Notes under the pieces: generated by a model | The model's input: only the letters and a program-made list of their open reading frames with translations | The model's database searches: none | Told to the model about the DNA's origin: nothing | Origin: an uncultured Actinomycetota bacterium | Lineage (GTDB): Bacteria > Actinomycetota > Acidimicrobiia > Spongiisociales > UBA5794 | Direction: 5' to 3' | DNA: 64,000 bases | NCBI GenBank assembly: GCA_963785245.1 | Contig: CAWAUO010000001.1 | Span: forward strand, 256,549-320,548 | Made by a program: the position numbers and the translations under genes | In this document: in pieces, positions 18,114-28,111 of the stretch | Position numbering within the stretch: position 1 is the stretch's first letter | Layout: each line of letters begins with the position of its first letter

Positions 18114-18159
18114 ACGGCCGAGTCCTCTACGAACTCCCGAGACGTATCTCCAGGAAGCC

Positions 18160-20424
18160 ATGCTGCTCACTCTCTCAATCGCCGCATATATCGTCGTGAT
18201 CCCCATCCTGTGGGCTGTCAGCGTCCGGTTCCCACGCGCCATCGTTCCGATCGCTGCTGTGCCGTATGTACTCCAACTTATGCTGGTCTCTGCACTCACG
18301 CTTGGGTGGCTGCCAGGGGGCTACGAGGCCATTGAATGGATCCCCTCCCTCGGTGTCACCATCGGTCTCTCGACAGACCCATTCGCCTTGCTCCTGACTG
18401 CGGTCGTGTCGGGGATCGGTCTGTTGATCGTGGTGTACGCCGGTGGGTATTTCGAGGATCCGTCCAAGCGATCGCGATTCCTCGCCCACATGTCGCTGTT
18501 CACGGCGGGCATGGCCGGCGTCGTCGCATCCGATGAACTGCTCGGCCTGTTCGTATTCTGGGAAATCACGACGGTGGCGTCGTACCTGCTCATTGGTTTT
18601 GACGACGAGAAGGATGAGGCTCGCTCCGCAGCCCTCCAGGCGATACTGGTGACGACGGCGGGCGGGTTGGCCATGCTCGCTGGGTTCGTGCTTCTGGCAA
18701 TGGCATCCGGCACAACCCGCATTTCGGCCATCGTGGCCGACCCCCCGTCGGGCACGATGGTGTCAGTGGCCCTTGTGCTGGTGTTCCTCGGGGCGTTCAC
18801 GAAGTCGGCGCAGTTCCCGTTCCACTTCTGGTTGCCGAATGCGATGTCTGCCCCGACACCGGCATCCGCCTATCTGCACTCAGCAACGATGGTCAAGGCC
18901 GGGATCGTCCTGCTGCTCCTTCTCGCCCCGGGATTCGCGTCGACTGCGCTCTGGACATGGGTCGTGACCAGTGTCGGTCTTATCACGATGGCGCTCGGCG
19001 CGACCGTTGCGCTCAAGCAGCGCGACCTCAAGTTGTTGCTTGCCTACGGAACGGTCAGCCAACTCGGATTCATGACCGCCCTCATCGGGCTCGGGTTCAC
19101 GGCCGCTGGCCTTTCCGTCCTGGTGGGCCATTCCCTGTTCAAGGCGGCCCTGTTTCTCATTGTCGGGATTGTCGACAAGGCTTCCGGCACGCGCCGGATC
19201 GGGGAGCTGTCGGGCGTGGGAGCGCGCATGCCGGTCGTGGCCGCTGCGGGTGCGATTGCTGCCGGTTCGATGGCGGGCATACCTCCGCTTCTCGGATTCG
19301 TTACGAAGGAGGCGGCGTTCGACACCCTCATAGCGGCCGAGGACTGGTTTGCGCTCGCCATCGTCGCGACCGCATCTGCGTTCACCGTTGCCTACGCCGC
19401 TCGGTGGTGGTTCGGGGCGTTTGGATCCGACACGAGGATCGTTCCAAGCGAGGTTGCCCGCCCAAAGGTTGCCATGGCGGTTGCGCCGATCGTTCTCGGC
19501 CTCCTGACCGTGGCGCTCGGCATCAATCCACAGCCACTCGCCGGTGCGGTGAAGGAGGCCGTCGGCCAGAGCGTCAAGCTCGTTCTGTGGCCGGGTCTGA
19601 CGCCCGCCCTTGCCGTCTCTTCGCTCGTGCTCGTCGGAGGCGTTTCGCTCTTCTTTGTTCTGTCGATGGAAGCCGCTCAGGGCTGGCAGAGATGGCGTTC
19701 AGGTGTCCCGGCGATGGCCGATGTCTACGCGGCAGGGCTGAGCGGCCTCGGCCGGACGGCACGTGCCGTCACCGGCGTCGTTCAGAACGGATCGCTACCG
19801 GTGTATCTCGCGGTGATCGTGGTTTCTGTGCTTGGGGTTCCCGCCGTGACGTGGCTCGTCGCGTGGCAACCTTCGTTCTCGCTGCCCATCTGGAATCGAC
19901 CCAGTGAGATCCTCCTGGCGCTGGTGGCTGTCGCGGGCGCCATCGCTGCGACCCGCGTGCAGCGGCGCATGGCAGCGGCCCTCATGATTGGTGTGGTCGG
20001 CTACGCCGTGGCCGGGATCTACGTGATCTTCTCCGCTCCCGATCTTGCCCTCACGCAACTCCTCATCGAGACCCTCACCGTCGCGCTCTTCGCCTTCGTT
20101 CTCGTCAAGCTGCCGAGAAGGTTCGGAGCGCTGCCCCGGTCGATCACGCCGCGCGCAAGGATCGCCGTGGCTGTCTTTGCCGGCGCAGTCGTCACATTCG
20201 CGGCGCTCGCGACCTCAACTGTGACACCGGACCGACTCATTGCAGAGGAGTACATCGCTGAGGCACCGGCTGCCGGCGGGAAGAACGTGGTGAACGTCGT
20301 CCTTACGAACTTCCGCGCCCTCGACACGCTCGGCGAGATCACGGTGCTGGTTGCCGCTGGCCTCGGCATCGTGGCACTGATCCGACCAGCGACGCTGCGG
20401 CGAGATCGGAGCGGAGCGTCATGA
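18160..20424 (+). CDS. mrpA: Na+/H+ antiporter subunit A (MrpA/MnhA, with fused MrpB-like C-terminal domain)
   Basis: 754 aa; NuoL-like proton-pumping core (WLPNAMSAPTPASAYLHSATMVKAGIVLL) and an MnhB-like tail. Confidence 0.9.
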   Translation: MLLTLSIAAYIVVIPILWAVSVRFPRAIVPIAAVPYVLQLMLVSALTLGWLPGGYEAIEWIPSLGVTIGLSTDPFALLLTAVVSGIGLLIVVYAGGYFEDPSKRSRFLAHMSLFTAGMAGVVASDELLGLFVFWEITTVASYLLIGFDDEKDEARSAALQAILVTTAGGLAMLAGFVLLAMASGTTRISAIVADPPSGTMVSVALVLVFLGAFTKSAQFPFHFWLPNAMSAPTPASAYLHSATMVKAGIVLLLLLAPGFASTALWTWVVTSVGLITMALGATVALKQRDLKLLLAYGTVSQLGFMTALIGLGFTAAGLSVLVGHSLFKAALFLIVGIVDKASGTRRIGELSGVGARMPVVAAAGAIAAGSMAGIPPLLGFVTKEAAFDTLIAAEDWFALAIVATASAFTVAYAARWWFGAFGSDTRIVPSEVARPKVAMAVAPIVLGLLTVALGINPQPLAGAVKEAVGQSVKLVLWPGLTPALAVSSLVLVGGVSLFFVLSMEAAQGWQRWRSGVPAMADVYAAGLSGLGRTARAVTGVVQNGSLPVYLAVIVVSVLGVPAVTWLVAWQPSFSLPIWNRPSEILLALVAVAGAIAATRVQRRMAAALMIGVVGYAVAGIYVIFSAPDLALTQLLIETLTVALFAFVLVKLPRRFGALPRSITPRARIAVAVFAGAVVTFAALATSTVTPDRLIAEEYIAEAPAAGGKNVVNVVLTNFRALDTLGEITVLVAAGLGIVALIRPATLRRDRSGAS

Positions 20425-20849
20425 GAATCCGATTCTCTCCCCTCCTTGCGATCGGCACCCAGACGATGGTGCCGACGCTGATGCTCTTCTCGGTGTACCT
20501 CCTTGTAGTCGGACACGACGTTCCCGGCGGTGGATTCGCCGGCGGCCTCATCGCTTCATCGGCGCTCTTGCTGGTGTTTCTCGCGTTCGGTAGCGGTGGT
20601 GTGCGTCGCGCGTTTCCGATCAATCCGGAGACGGCGATGGGTGTTGGCCTGATCCTTGCCCTCCTGGCCGGTTCGATCGGCCTGGTGTTCGGGAACACCT
20701 TCCTGACCTACACCTACGCACAGTGGACCGTTCCGGTCATCGGCGACATCAAGGTGTCAACGCTGCTTCTGTTCGACGTCGGCGTCTACCTCGTGGTGAT
20801 CGGACTCGTGGCGACCGCCATTCTCAACCTCGGATCGGATCGCAGATGA
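20421..20849 (+). CDS. mrpB: Na+/H+ antiporter subunit B (MrpB/MnhB)
   Basis: VPGGGFAGGLIASSALLLV motif; start overlaps the mrpA stop. Confidence 0.85.
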   Translation: MRIRFSPLLAIGTQTMVPTLMLFSVYLLVVGHDVPGGGFAGGLIASSALLLVFLAFGSGGVRRAFPINPETAMGVGLILALLAGSIGLVFGNTFLTYTYAQWTVPVIGDIKVSTLLLFDVGVYLVVIGLVATAILNLGSDRR

Positions 20850-21208
20850 CCTGGACGATCGCCCTCGCCGCCGGGATCCTCTTCGGAGCAGGCACGTATC
20901 TCATTCTGCAGAGGCTGCTGAGTCGCATCATCGTGGGACTCGGACTGATTGCCCACGCGGCCAACCTCATCCTGCTCGGGTCAGGCGGTGCACCGGGCGC
21001 GCCACCGGTGCTCGAAGACGGCAGCGTCGGCCCGTACTCGGACCCCCTGGAGCAGGCATTGGTGCTGACCGCGATCGTGATCACCTTTGGTATCACGGCC
21101 TTCCTGCTGGCCCTCGCATACCGATCGTGGACCGAGCAAGGCTCGGACGAGGTTGAAGATGACACCGAGGACCAGCGGATCGCTCGCAGGCGGGAGGCGC
21201 GATCGTGA
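20846..21208 (+). CDS. mrpC: Na+/H+ antiporter subunit C (MrpC/MnhC, NuoK-like)
   Basis: MTWTIALAAGILFGAGTYLILQRLLSRIIVGLGLIAHAANLILL; ATGA overlap with mrpB. Confidence 0.85.
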   Translation: MTWTIALAAGILFGAGTYLILQRLLSRIIVGLGLIAHAANLILLGSGGAPGAPPVLEDGSVGPYSDPLEQALVLTAIVITFGITAFLLALAYRSWTEQGSDEVEDDTEDQRIARRREARS

Positions 21209-22677
21209 CGGCGCTGGCAACACTCCCCGTTGTGATTCCGCTGCTCGCCGGCGCCTTGACGTTGGTGGTGGGCCGTCGCGTTGCCTTGCAGCGGGGCATC
21301 AGTCTGGTGGCGAGTGCCGGATCGGTTGTTGTGGCCGCGATCCTGCTGTTCATCGTCGATACGCAGGGCGCGATTTCGGTCTCGGTTGGGGGATGGGCGC
21401 CGCCGATCGGGATTCAACTCGTTGCCGATCGATTCTCGGTCCTGCTCCTTCTGGTATCGACCGTGGCATTGTTCGCCGTTCTCTCGTATGCCGTGAGTCA
21501 CCAAGCAACCGACGAGGGGTTCCGTGGGTTCCACGCGGTGTACCAGATCCTCGGTGCAGGCGTGGCGCTGGCCTTGCTGACGGGCGATCTGTTCACACTC
21601 TTCGTCGCTTTCGAGATCATGCTGACCGCGAGCTACGTACTCCTGACCCACGCAGCCGACGGCCGACAGACGAGAACAGCGATCACCTACGTGGTCATCG
21701 GACTCGTCGCGTCCGCTCTGTTCCTGATCACGATCGGACTGATCTACGGGGTGGCCGGAAGCGTCAACCTCGCGGACCTTTCGGGTCGCCTCGACAACGT
21801 GGACCCGGGCCTCCGGCGTGGCCTCGGCTGGATGCTGTTCATGGTGTTCGGCATCAAGGCTGCCATCTTCCCACTGTTCTTCTGGCTCCCGGACTCGTAT
21901 CCCGTGGCGCCAACGCCGGTGACCGCTCTTTTCGCCGGACTGCTGACCAAGATCGGGGTCTACGCCATCATCCGCACCCAGACCCTGCTGTTCCCGAGCG
22001 AAGGCCTGTCGCCATTCATGCTCGCCATTGCGGGACTGACCATGATCGTGGGCGTGCTCGGAGCTATTGCTCAAACGGACATCAAGCGGATTCTGTCGTT
22101 CCACATCGTCAGCCAGATCGGATATATGATCATGGGCCTCGGGTTCGGGACGGCGGCGGGTGTCGCGGCGGCGATCGTGTTCATCGTGCATCAGATCATC
22201 GTGAAGGCATCACTCTTCCTCGTGGGAGGCCTCGTCGAGGAATCGGAGGGAACCGGTGCGATCGACGCGGTGAGCGGTGTTGCCCGACGGTCACCAATCA
22301 TCGCCGCGCTGTTCCTTCCGGCGGCTCTCAGCCTCGCCGGGTTCCCGCCGTTCTCCGGGTTCGTGGGCAAGCTGGCGCTCGTTGAAGCCGGCTTTGCCGC
22401 CGGGGCTTGGCTCATCGTGGGTGTATCGCTGGTGGCAAGCGTGCTGACGCTCTTCTCCATGACGAAGATCTGGGCTGGTGTCTTCTGGGGAACACCGAAC
22501 ACGAACGAACGACGCATCACGCCGTGGGGAATGGCGGGAGCGACGGCGGCCCTCATCGCGGTCAGCTTGGTGGTAGCCATCGTGGCCGAACCGTTGGTGG
22601 GGTATGCCGGGCGAGCAGCGGAGGATCTACTGGCAGCTCCGGATACCGTCGCCCTGGTCGAAGGTAGGACACCATGA
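21205..22677 (+). CDS. mrpD: Na+/H+ antiporter subunit D (MrpD/MnhD, NuoN/M-like)
   Basis: 490 aa polytopic protein; WLPDSYPVAPTPVTALFAGLLTKIGVYAIIR. Confidence 0.9.
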   Translation: MTALATLPVVIPLLAGALTLVVGRRVALQRGISLVASAGSVVVAAILLFIVDTQGAISVSVGGWAPPIGIQLVADRFSVLLLLVSTVALFAVLSYAVSHQATDEGFRGFHAVYQILGAGVALALLTGDLFTLFVAFEIMLTASYVLLTHAADGRQTRTAITYVVIGLVASALFLITIGLIYGVAGSVNLADLSGRLDNVDPGLRRGLGWMLFMVFGIKAAIFPLFFWLPDSYPVAPTPVTALFAGLLTKIGVYAIIRTQTLLFPSEGLSPFMLAIAGLTMIVGVLGAIAQTDIKRILSFHIVSQIGYMIMGLGFGTAAGVAAAIVFIVHQIIVKASLFLVGGLVEESEGTGAIDAVSGVARRSPIIAALFLPAALSLAGFPPFSGFVGKLALVEAGFAAGAWLIVGVSLVASVLTLFSMTKIWAGVFWGTPNTNERRITPWGMAGATAALIAVSLVVAIVAEPLVGYAGRAAEDLLAAPDTVALVEGRTP

Positions 22678-22937
22678 CGGTTGCCGCCATCATCTCCGGG
22701 TTCTTCCTCGTGTTCGCAGTGCTCGCCTCAGTCGTCCGGATCGTCCGCGGACCGTCGGTTGCCGACCGTATGGTTGCACTCGACACGGCGCTCTTCGCCG
22801 GTGTGGGGGGCCTCGGGCTCTACATCGTCGCCACCGGCGACACGACGTATCTCCCGGTGCTGGTCGTAGCCGTGCTCACGGCGTTCATCAGCACGATCAT
22901 CGTGGCCCGGTACATCGAGGAAGAGACGCGGCGATGA
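22674..22937 (+). CDS. mrpF: Na+/H+ antiporter subunit F (MrpF/MnhF)
   Basis: VRIVRGPSVADRMVALDTALF matches the MnhF signature. Confidence 0.75.
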   Translation: MTVAAIISGFFLVFAVLASVVRIVRGPSVADRMVALDTALFAGVGGLGLYIVATGDTTYLPVLVVAVLTAFISTIIVARYIEEETRR

Positions 22938-23794
22938 TCATCGACATCATCGGGGGCTCGCTCGTTGTTGCCGGATCCGCGTTGATGGCGCTTGGCGCCT
23001 TCGGTCTGATTCGCTTCCCGGACGTGTTCACGCGCATGCACGCCGCCACCAAGGCTGCGACGGTTGGCGTTATCGCCACTACAACCGCGGCGAGTTTCGA
23101 GGCCGGCGCTCTCGGTGGAGCGCTCATCCTCCTGATCGTGGTTGCGATGCTCTTCCTCTCGGGTCCGCTGGGCATGAGCCTCCTCGCCCGAGCCGCCTAC
23201 CACGACCCGGAGACGCCGCGAGTCCGATCGATCGTCGAACTGGATGCTGAGCTGCCGGGCTCCGAGTCCATACCGACGGGCCGGGCACGCGGAACGACCG
23301 CGCTGCTCGCCGTATGGCTCTTCATCGTGTGGATCGCCGCGTTCGGATCGGTATCGCCCAACGTGGTGGTGGGTGGATTGATCGTGGCGCTCGGGATCGC
23401 GTATGCGTTCCGAACGGTTGCCCCGCGGTGGTCCGGCGCGCTCCTGCGCCCCGCAGCCGGGCTTGCATTCGCGGCCTACTTCATCCGTCAGATGATCGTC
23501 TCGACGTGGGACGTGAGCCTGGCGCTCCGTCTTCGACCAGACGAGATCAGCCCTGCGGTGCTTGAAGTGCCACTGACGGCACGGTCGCGATCCGCCGTCA
23601 CGCTCCTGATGAACTCGGTGTCGTTCACGCCGGGAACCGTCGCCCTCGAGGTGCACGATCGCAAGCTCTATGTGCACGTGCTCGACGTGCAAGACCCTGA
23701 GGACGCGCTCCGGAGCATCATCGCAATGGAGACGCGCATCATCGCGTTGTTCGGGGAGGATGCTGCCGCCGACGCGCTCGACGACCAGCAGTAG
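22934..23794 (+). CDS. mrpG: fused MrpG (N-terminal) / MrpE (C-terminal) antiporter subunit
   Basis: The N-terminal part GLIRFPDVFTRMHAATKAATVGV is MnhG-like. The C-terminal part LLMNSVSFTPGTVALEVHDRKLYVHVLDVQDPEDALRSI aligns to the MrpE signature (..LISLTPGTLSMDFSDDNKYIYIHAIDV..). There is no separate mrpE between D and F. Confidence 0.75.
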   Translation: MIIDIIGGSLVVAGSALMALGAFGLIRFPDVFTRMHAATKAATVGVIATTTAASFEAGALGGALILLIVVAMLFLSGPLGMSLLARAAYHDPETPRVRSIVELDAELPGSESIPTGRARGTTALLAVWLFIVWIAAFGSVSPNVVVGGLIVALGIAYAFRTVAPRWSGALLRPAAGLAFAAYFIRQMIVSTWDVSLALRLRPDEISPAVLEVPLTARSRSAVTLLMNSVSFTPGTVALEVHDRKLYVHVLDVQDPEDALRSIIAMETRIIALFGEDAAADALDDQQ

Positions 23795-23811
23795 AGCAAT
23801 TCACGTTTCTG

Positions 23812-24117
23812 ATGACGTATGATTCTGCAATGGCAGGAACATACGGTTGGACCTTTCTGACGAACCATGCCCATGTGCTGTTGTGCATCGCCGAGAACCC
23901 CGATGTGCGGCTGCGCGATGTGGCCGAGCAGGTGGAGATCACCGAGCGAGCGACGCAACGGATTGTCGCCGAACTCGAAGGGGCCGGCTACCTGTCCCAT
24001 GAACGGATCGGCAGGCGGAATCACTACCAGGTTCATGCCGGCCTGCCGTTGCGCCACCCGTTGGAGGACCATCTCGAGATCGGTGCGCTTCTGGGGATCC
24101 TGACCGAGCGCCCCTAG
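23812..24117 (+). CDS. winged-helix transcriptional regulator, paralog of 17465..17779
   Basis: See 17465..17779; starts 18 bp after the mrpG/E stop. Confidence 0.6.
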   Translation: MTYDSAMAGTYGWTFLTNHAHVLLCIAENPDVRLRDVAEQVEITERATQRIVAELEGAGYLSHERIGRRNHYQVHAGLPLRHPLEDHLEIGALLGILTERP

Positions 24118-24340
24118 CCGGGCGGTGCGTCCCCCTCGAGCGAGAGGTCGATGAACACGGAGTGACCGCCGGACACCCGATCGCGGAACTGGGCAGTCGG
24201 GACGGCACTCTCTCCGCCGATCCCGACCGGTGCCAACGCGTTCTCCTCGGCCGGTTGTGCGACGGCCTGGGTTTCCCGGTCTCGCCTCGACGTCGTTCTG
24301 CAAGACGGCAGCCGTGTGCGCTTCCGCGGTTCGCTAGCGT

Positions 24341-24664
24341 GTGAACCAGATCGGAGATCCTGTGCACACACCCTGGACGAGGAAGCCTTTGCTGGTCGAA
24401 TGGGATCTCACCGGGGATGAGAACAGCGGTTTCGGAGCCGTCGTGTTTCTCGCCGCTGCTCCGGTCCGCATCGTCAAGAGACTCGAGGCGACGTACGCAA
24501 GCGAGGCCGATGTGATTGCCGCCGTCGACGAGTGGCTCGCGAGCGTCGCAGGCGCCTATGTGGTCAACGTGGAGTTTCAGGACTTCAAGACGACAGCACG
24601 CCGGGTCGATGAGGAATCCCACCCGGCACGCCGGGCTGGGCAGTGGTGGCGACCGCTCGACTGA
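24341..24664 (+). CDS. hypothetical protein
   Basis: ORF only (VHTPWTRKPLLVEWDLTGDENSGFGAVVFLAAAPV...). Confidence 0.3.
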   Translation: MNQIGDPVHTPWTRKPLLVEWDLTGDENSGFGAVVFLAAAPVRIVKRLEATYASEADVIAAVDEWLASVAGAYVVNVEFQDFKTTARRVDEESHPARRAGQWWRPLD

Positions 24665-24737
24665 TCGTCGAAGAGGCCGTGTGGTGTACTGCCGAACGAG
24701 CCACACACGCAAACGCGGTCCTGCATAATGCTCAATA

Positions 24738-26333
24738 ATGGACGCAGCCCTCCTCGCCACCGCATTCCTGCTCGGCTTCGCCGCCAAACGAGTCGGACTT
24801 CCACCGCTCGTCGGCTACCTCGTCGCGGGATTTCTTCTCCACGCCTTCGGCTACGAGGTAACCGACGCGATCGAAGTCGTCTCCGAGATCGGAATTCTTC
24901 TCCTCCTCTTCGGCATCGGACTGAAGCTGCGTCCGAGGACGCTTGCCCGCCCGTCGGTTTGGGGGACGGCCACCGTCTTCGCCGCCGTGGCGACCGGGGT
25001 CGTGGGAGCGCTGCTTCTCGCGATTGGGGCCCTGGGGATACCACTCGCACGTGATCTTGACCCGGCTACGGCTGCTCTGGTCGGTTTTGCCCTCTCGTTC
25101 TCGAGCACCGTGTTCGCCGTTCAGGCGCTCGATCGCACCAACGAATCCGACTCGCTCGCCGGACGCACGGCCATCGGCGTCCTGATCCTGCAGGACATCT
25201 TCGCCGTGGCGTTCCTGGTCTTGGCCGAAGGGAGCTGGCCGTCACCGTGGGCGCTTCTGGTTATCCCGGCGTTCGTGCTGCTCCGTCCTGTTGCCGGCTG
25301 GTTCCTCGACCACAGCGGACACGGCGAGGTGCTGGTACTCCTCGGTTTCACGCTCGCCGTCGGTATCGGCGCAGGCATGTTCGAACTGCTCGACCTGAAA
25401 CCGGATCTTGGTGCGCTGGTCGCGGGTCTGCTGTTGTCGGGCCACCCACGGTCCGGCGAGATGTCCGACCGTCTGCTCGGCTTCAAGGATCTCTTCCTCG
25501 TCGGCTTCTTCCTGTCGATCGGTCTCGCCGGTACCCCAAGCGCAGCGGCATGGGGAATCGGCATCGTGATTATTCTGCTGCTCCCGCTGAAGACGTTCGG
25601 CTTCCTGTGGCTGTTCACTCGGTTCCGTCTGAGAGCGCGCACCTCGGTACATGCATCCCTGACGCTGACCACCTTCAGCGAGTTCGGTTTGATCGTGGGA
25701 GCGTCCGCTCTGGCCAATGGTTTGGTAGACCAACCCTGGGTGTCGACCGTCGCCGTGGCGGTTGCGGGCTCATTCGTGGTCGCGTCGATCGCGGATTCCC
25801 GCCGGTACGAGTTCTACGACCGCTGGCTTGACCACCTGAAGAGGCTCGAGCGGAGGCCAACGCTGGAGGAGGACTCGGTCCTCGACTGCGGCGATGCACG
25901 GGTCATTGTGTTCGGCATGGGCAGGGTGGGCACCGGGGCGTACGACGAGATCGTGGCACGGCGGGGTGCGGTTGTCGTCGGGGTCGACCGTGATGCAGAT
26001 CGTGTCGCGGTGCACCAAGCGGACGGGAGAAACGTCGTCCGGGGCGACGCGATCGACCGGGACTACTGGGAGCGGGTGCGGTTCCATCCAGAGGTCGAGC
26101 TCGTGATGGCCGCCATGAGCAACCACGCCGCGAATCTCGAGTGTGTTCATCGCGTCAAGGAGTTCCTGCCCGACACCCGTATCGCTGCCATCGCCCGATA
26201 CCCCGACCAGATCGCCGAGTTGTGCACGGCGGGTGTCGACGTTGCCCGGAACCTCTACGAAGAAGCCGGACAGGCACTCGCCGACGATGCCACGGCTGAA
26301 GCGCTCGGCAAGGAGGAAGCACCCGGTGAGTGA
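24738..26333 (+). CDS. Kef-type monovalent cation:proton antiporter (CPA2) with C-terminal TrkA-N (Rossmann) domain
   Basis: N-terminus GLPPLVGYLVAGFLLHAFG...IGILLLLFGIGLKL and C-terminus VIVFGMGRVGTGAYDEI (GxGxxG). Confidence 0.85.
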   Translation: MDAALLATAFLLGFAAKRVGLPPLVGYLVAGFLLHAFGYEVTDAIEVVSEIGILLLLFGIGLKLRPRTLARPSVWGTATVFAAVATGVVGALLLAIGALGIPLARDLDPATAALVGFALSFSSTVFAVQALDRTNESDSLAGRTAIGVLILQDIFAVAFLVLAEGSWPSPWALLVIPAFVLLRPVAGWFLDHSGHGEVLVLLGFTLAVGIGAGMFELLDLKPDLGALVAGLLLSGHPRSGEMSDRLLGFKDLFLVGFFLSIGLAGTPSAAAWGIGIVIILLLPLKTFGFLWLFTRFRLRARTSVHASLTLTTFSEFGLIVGASALANGLVDQPWVSTVAVAVAGSFVVASIADSRRYEFYDRWLDHLKRLERRPTLEEDSVLDCGDARVIVFGMGRVGTGAYDEIVARRGAVVVGVDRDADRVAVHQADGRNVVRGDAIDRDYWERVRFHPEVELVMAAMSNHAANLECVHRVKEFLPDTRIAAIARYPDQIAELCTAGVDVARNLYEEAGQALADDATAEALGKEEAPGE

Positions 26334-27114
26334 GCAGGCTGAAGATCGGCGTCCGGTGCGTGTCCGGCGTGAGCCGCCGCCGTTCCGGCGGGTGGCCGTT
26401 GTCGGTGTCGGTCACCCGGGCGACCATGTGGTACGCGTGGTCGTCAATGGCCCCGATCTCGATGAGTTGACCGTCGACGAACCGGCGGCCAGCGTTCGAC
26501 TCCTCCTGCCATCAACCCCCGGATCCGAACTCGTGATCCCCGCGTGGAACGGCAACGAGTTCCTGCTCGAAGACGGCTCCCGTCCGGTCATCCGCACCTT
26601 CACACCAATCCGGAAGCCGGGGGATCGGAGCGCGCTGACCCTCGATGTCGTCACCCATGAGGGCGGTGTGGCGTCGGGCTGGGCCGTCAGAGCGGCGATC
26701 GGTGACCAGGCGGCGATTTCGGGACCGGGCAGGGGCTATGCGCCGGACCCCGATGCTTCCGCATTCTTTCTGACGGGGGATGAGTCGGCGGTGCCGGCGA
26801 TGACCCAACTCGTCACCGCTCTTTCGCCGCGGTGGCCCGTTCACGTAGGGATCGAGGTCAGGTCATCGGGGGCAATCCGCGTTCTCGGAGTCGATCGAGC
26901 TGCCACGATCGAATGGAGGGTGCTGTCGGAGGGCGACCTTCCCGGATCGGCACAGATGGCATTCGCCGAGGCGGCGAATCTCGAGCGCGGGACGAAGATC
27001 TGGGCTGCCGGAGAAGCGGCGGCAATGCAACGAATTCGCCAGTACCTCTTCAAGGACCGCGGGATCGATCGATCCGATACGATGATCCGCGGCTATTGGA
27101 AGCGTCCCCGCTGA
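26326..27114 (+). CDS. siderophore-interacting protein (FAD-binding, ViuB/SIP family)
   Basis: RTFTPIRKP, WAAGEAAAMQRIRQYL and RGYWKR motifs. GTG at 26326 overlaps the kef stop (GTGA), with AGGAGGAAG 7 nt upstream. Confidence 0.7.
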   Translation: MSEQAEDRRPVRVRREPPPFRRVAVVGVGHPGDHVVRVVVNGPDLDELTVDEPAASVRLLLPSTPGSELVIPAWNGNEFLLEDGSRPVIRTFTPIRKPGDRSALTLDVVTHEGGVASGWAVRAAIGDQAAISGPGRGYAPDPDASAFFLTGDESAVPAMTQLVTALSPRWPVHVGIEVRSSGAIRVLGVDRAATIEWRVLSEGDLPGSAQMAFAEAANLERGTKIWAAGEAAAMQRIRQYLFKDRGIDRSDTMIRGYWKRPR

Positions 27115-27158
27115 GGAGCCTGGAACCCCTTGCGGCCGGTACCGGTCCCCGATCGAGG

Positions 27159-28076
27159 CTAGCTCTCCACCGCAGTGGGCAGGGGCTGCCGAAACCGCCC
27201 TGCCGGCACCGGCGCTCCACAGCGGATGAGGCTGAGTTCCCACGTCGGCGAGGAACCGAGCGACCAACGGAGGAAGCCCGACATCGCTCGCCCGGCCTTG
27301 GCTGCGCCCGGGAGTGGCCCCAGTCCGAGGAGGTCGGCCGTGTCGGCGGGGATGGTCGCTGCCGCCGCCTGGGCGATGACCAGGTATCCAGGCTTCACCG
27401 ACAGCGGGAGGGGCGGCGAACGGACGAAGTCGACGGTTTCACGCATTCCGGGTGATGCCTCAAGCGCGGTGTGGTCTGAGATCCACCGGCTGAGGTCGGA
27501 CGCGGTCTCGGGAATCGGCGCGGCACCGAGGAGGTGTCCGATCTCGGCTTGTTCGGCAACGAAACGGTCCTGCTCTCCGATGGTCAGCGTGTCGGGCCCG
27601 AAGGAGAGATAGGCCTGCAGGAATGAGTCGGTGAGAGCGTTGTGCACCCATGCGGCGAGGTCTGGGGCGTCGGCGGTGTACTCGATCGAGCGATGGGACA
27701 GGCCCTTGACCGGGCGATGGGCACGACGGACGATCTGGATCGCCCGCTCGACTTCCGGCATGGCTCCGAACGTGGTCGCCGTTACATATGCGGACGTCCG
27801 TGAGAGGCGACCGAGCGGATCCTCACGGTATCGCGAGTGGTCGGCGACACCCGCTGCAACCTCGGGGTGCGCCGCCTGGACCAAGAGGGCTCGCACCCCG
27901 CCGAAGAACGCGGACGGGTCGCCGATGACCCTCCAACTCACCGAGTCGGGGCCGCAGAGACCCGGGTCTCCGGGGTAGTCGAGCGTGTTGGCGAGGGGGT
28001 AGCTGGCATGCTTGAAGAGACCCGATGCGGTGCGGGCGATGCGATCCCGGAATGCGTCGACCGGCTGGTGGAGCAT
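27159..28076 (-). CDS. oxygenase MpaB-family / DUF2236 protein
   Basis: ALLVQAAHPEVAAGVADHSRYREDPLGRLSRTSAYV... is the conserved DUF2236 core. Start chosen at MLHQPVDAF inside ORF 27159..28394. Confidence 0.6.
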   Translation of the reverse strand: MLHQPVDAFRDRIARTASGLFKHASYPLANTLDYPGDPGLCGPDSVSWRVIGDPSAFFGGVRALLVQAAHPEVAAGVADHSRYREDPLGRLSRTSAYVTATTFGAMPEVERAIQIVRRAHRPVKGLSHRSIEYTADAPDLAAWVHNALTDSFLQAYLSFGPDTLTIGEQDRFVAEQAEIGHLLGAAPIPETASDLSRWISDHTALEASPGMRETVDFVRSPPLPLSVKPGYLVIAQAAAATIPADTADLLGLGPLPGAAKAGRAMSGFLRWSLGSSPTWELSLIRCGAPVPAGRFRQPLPTAVES

Positions 28077-28111
28077 CTCGCTTCCTCCTCTCGACCGTGG
28101 CGTCACCATAT

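Noticed and set aside
20824-22191. 455-aa minus-strand ORF, His/Arg/Asp-rich
   Set aside because: Antisense of mrpC/mrpD.
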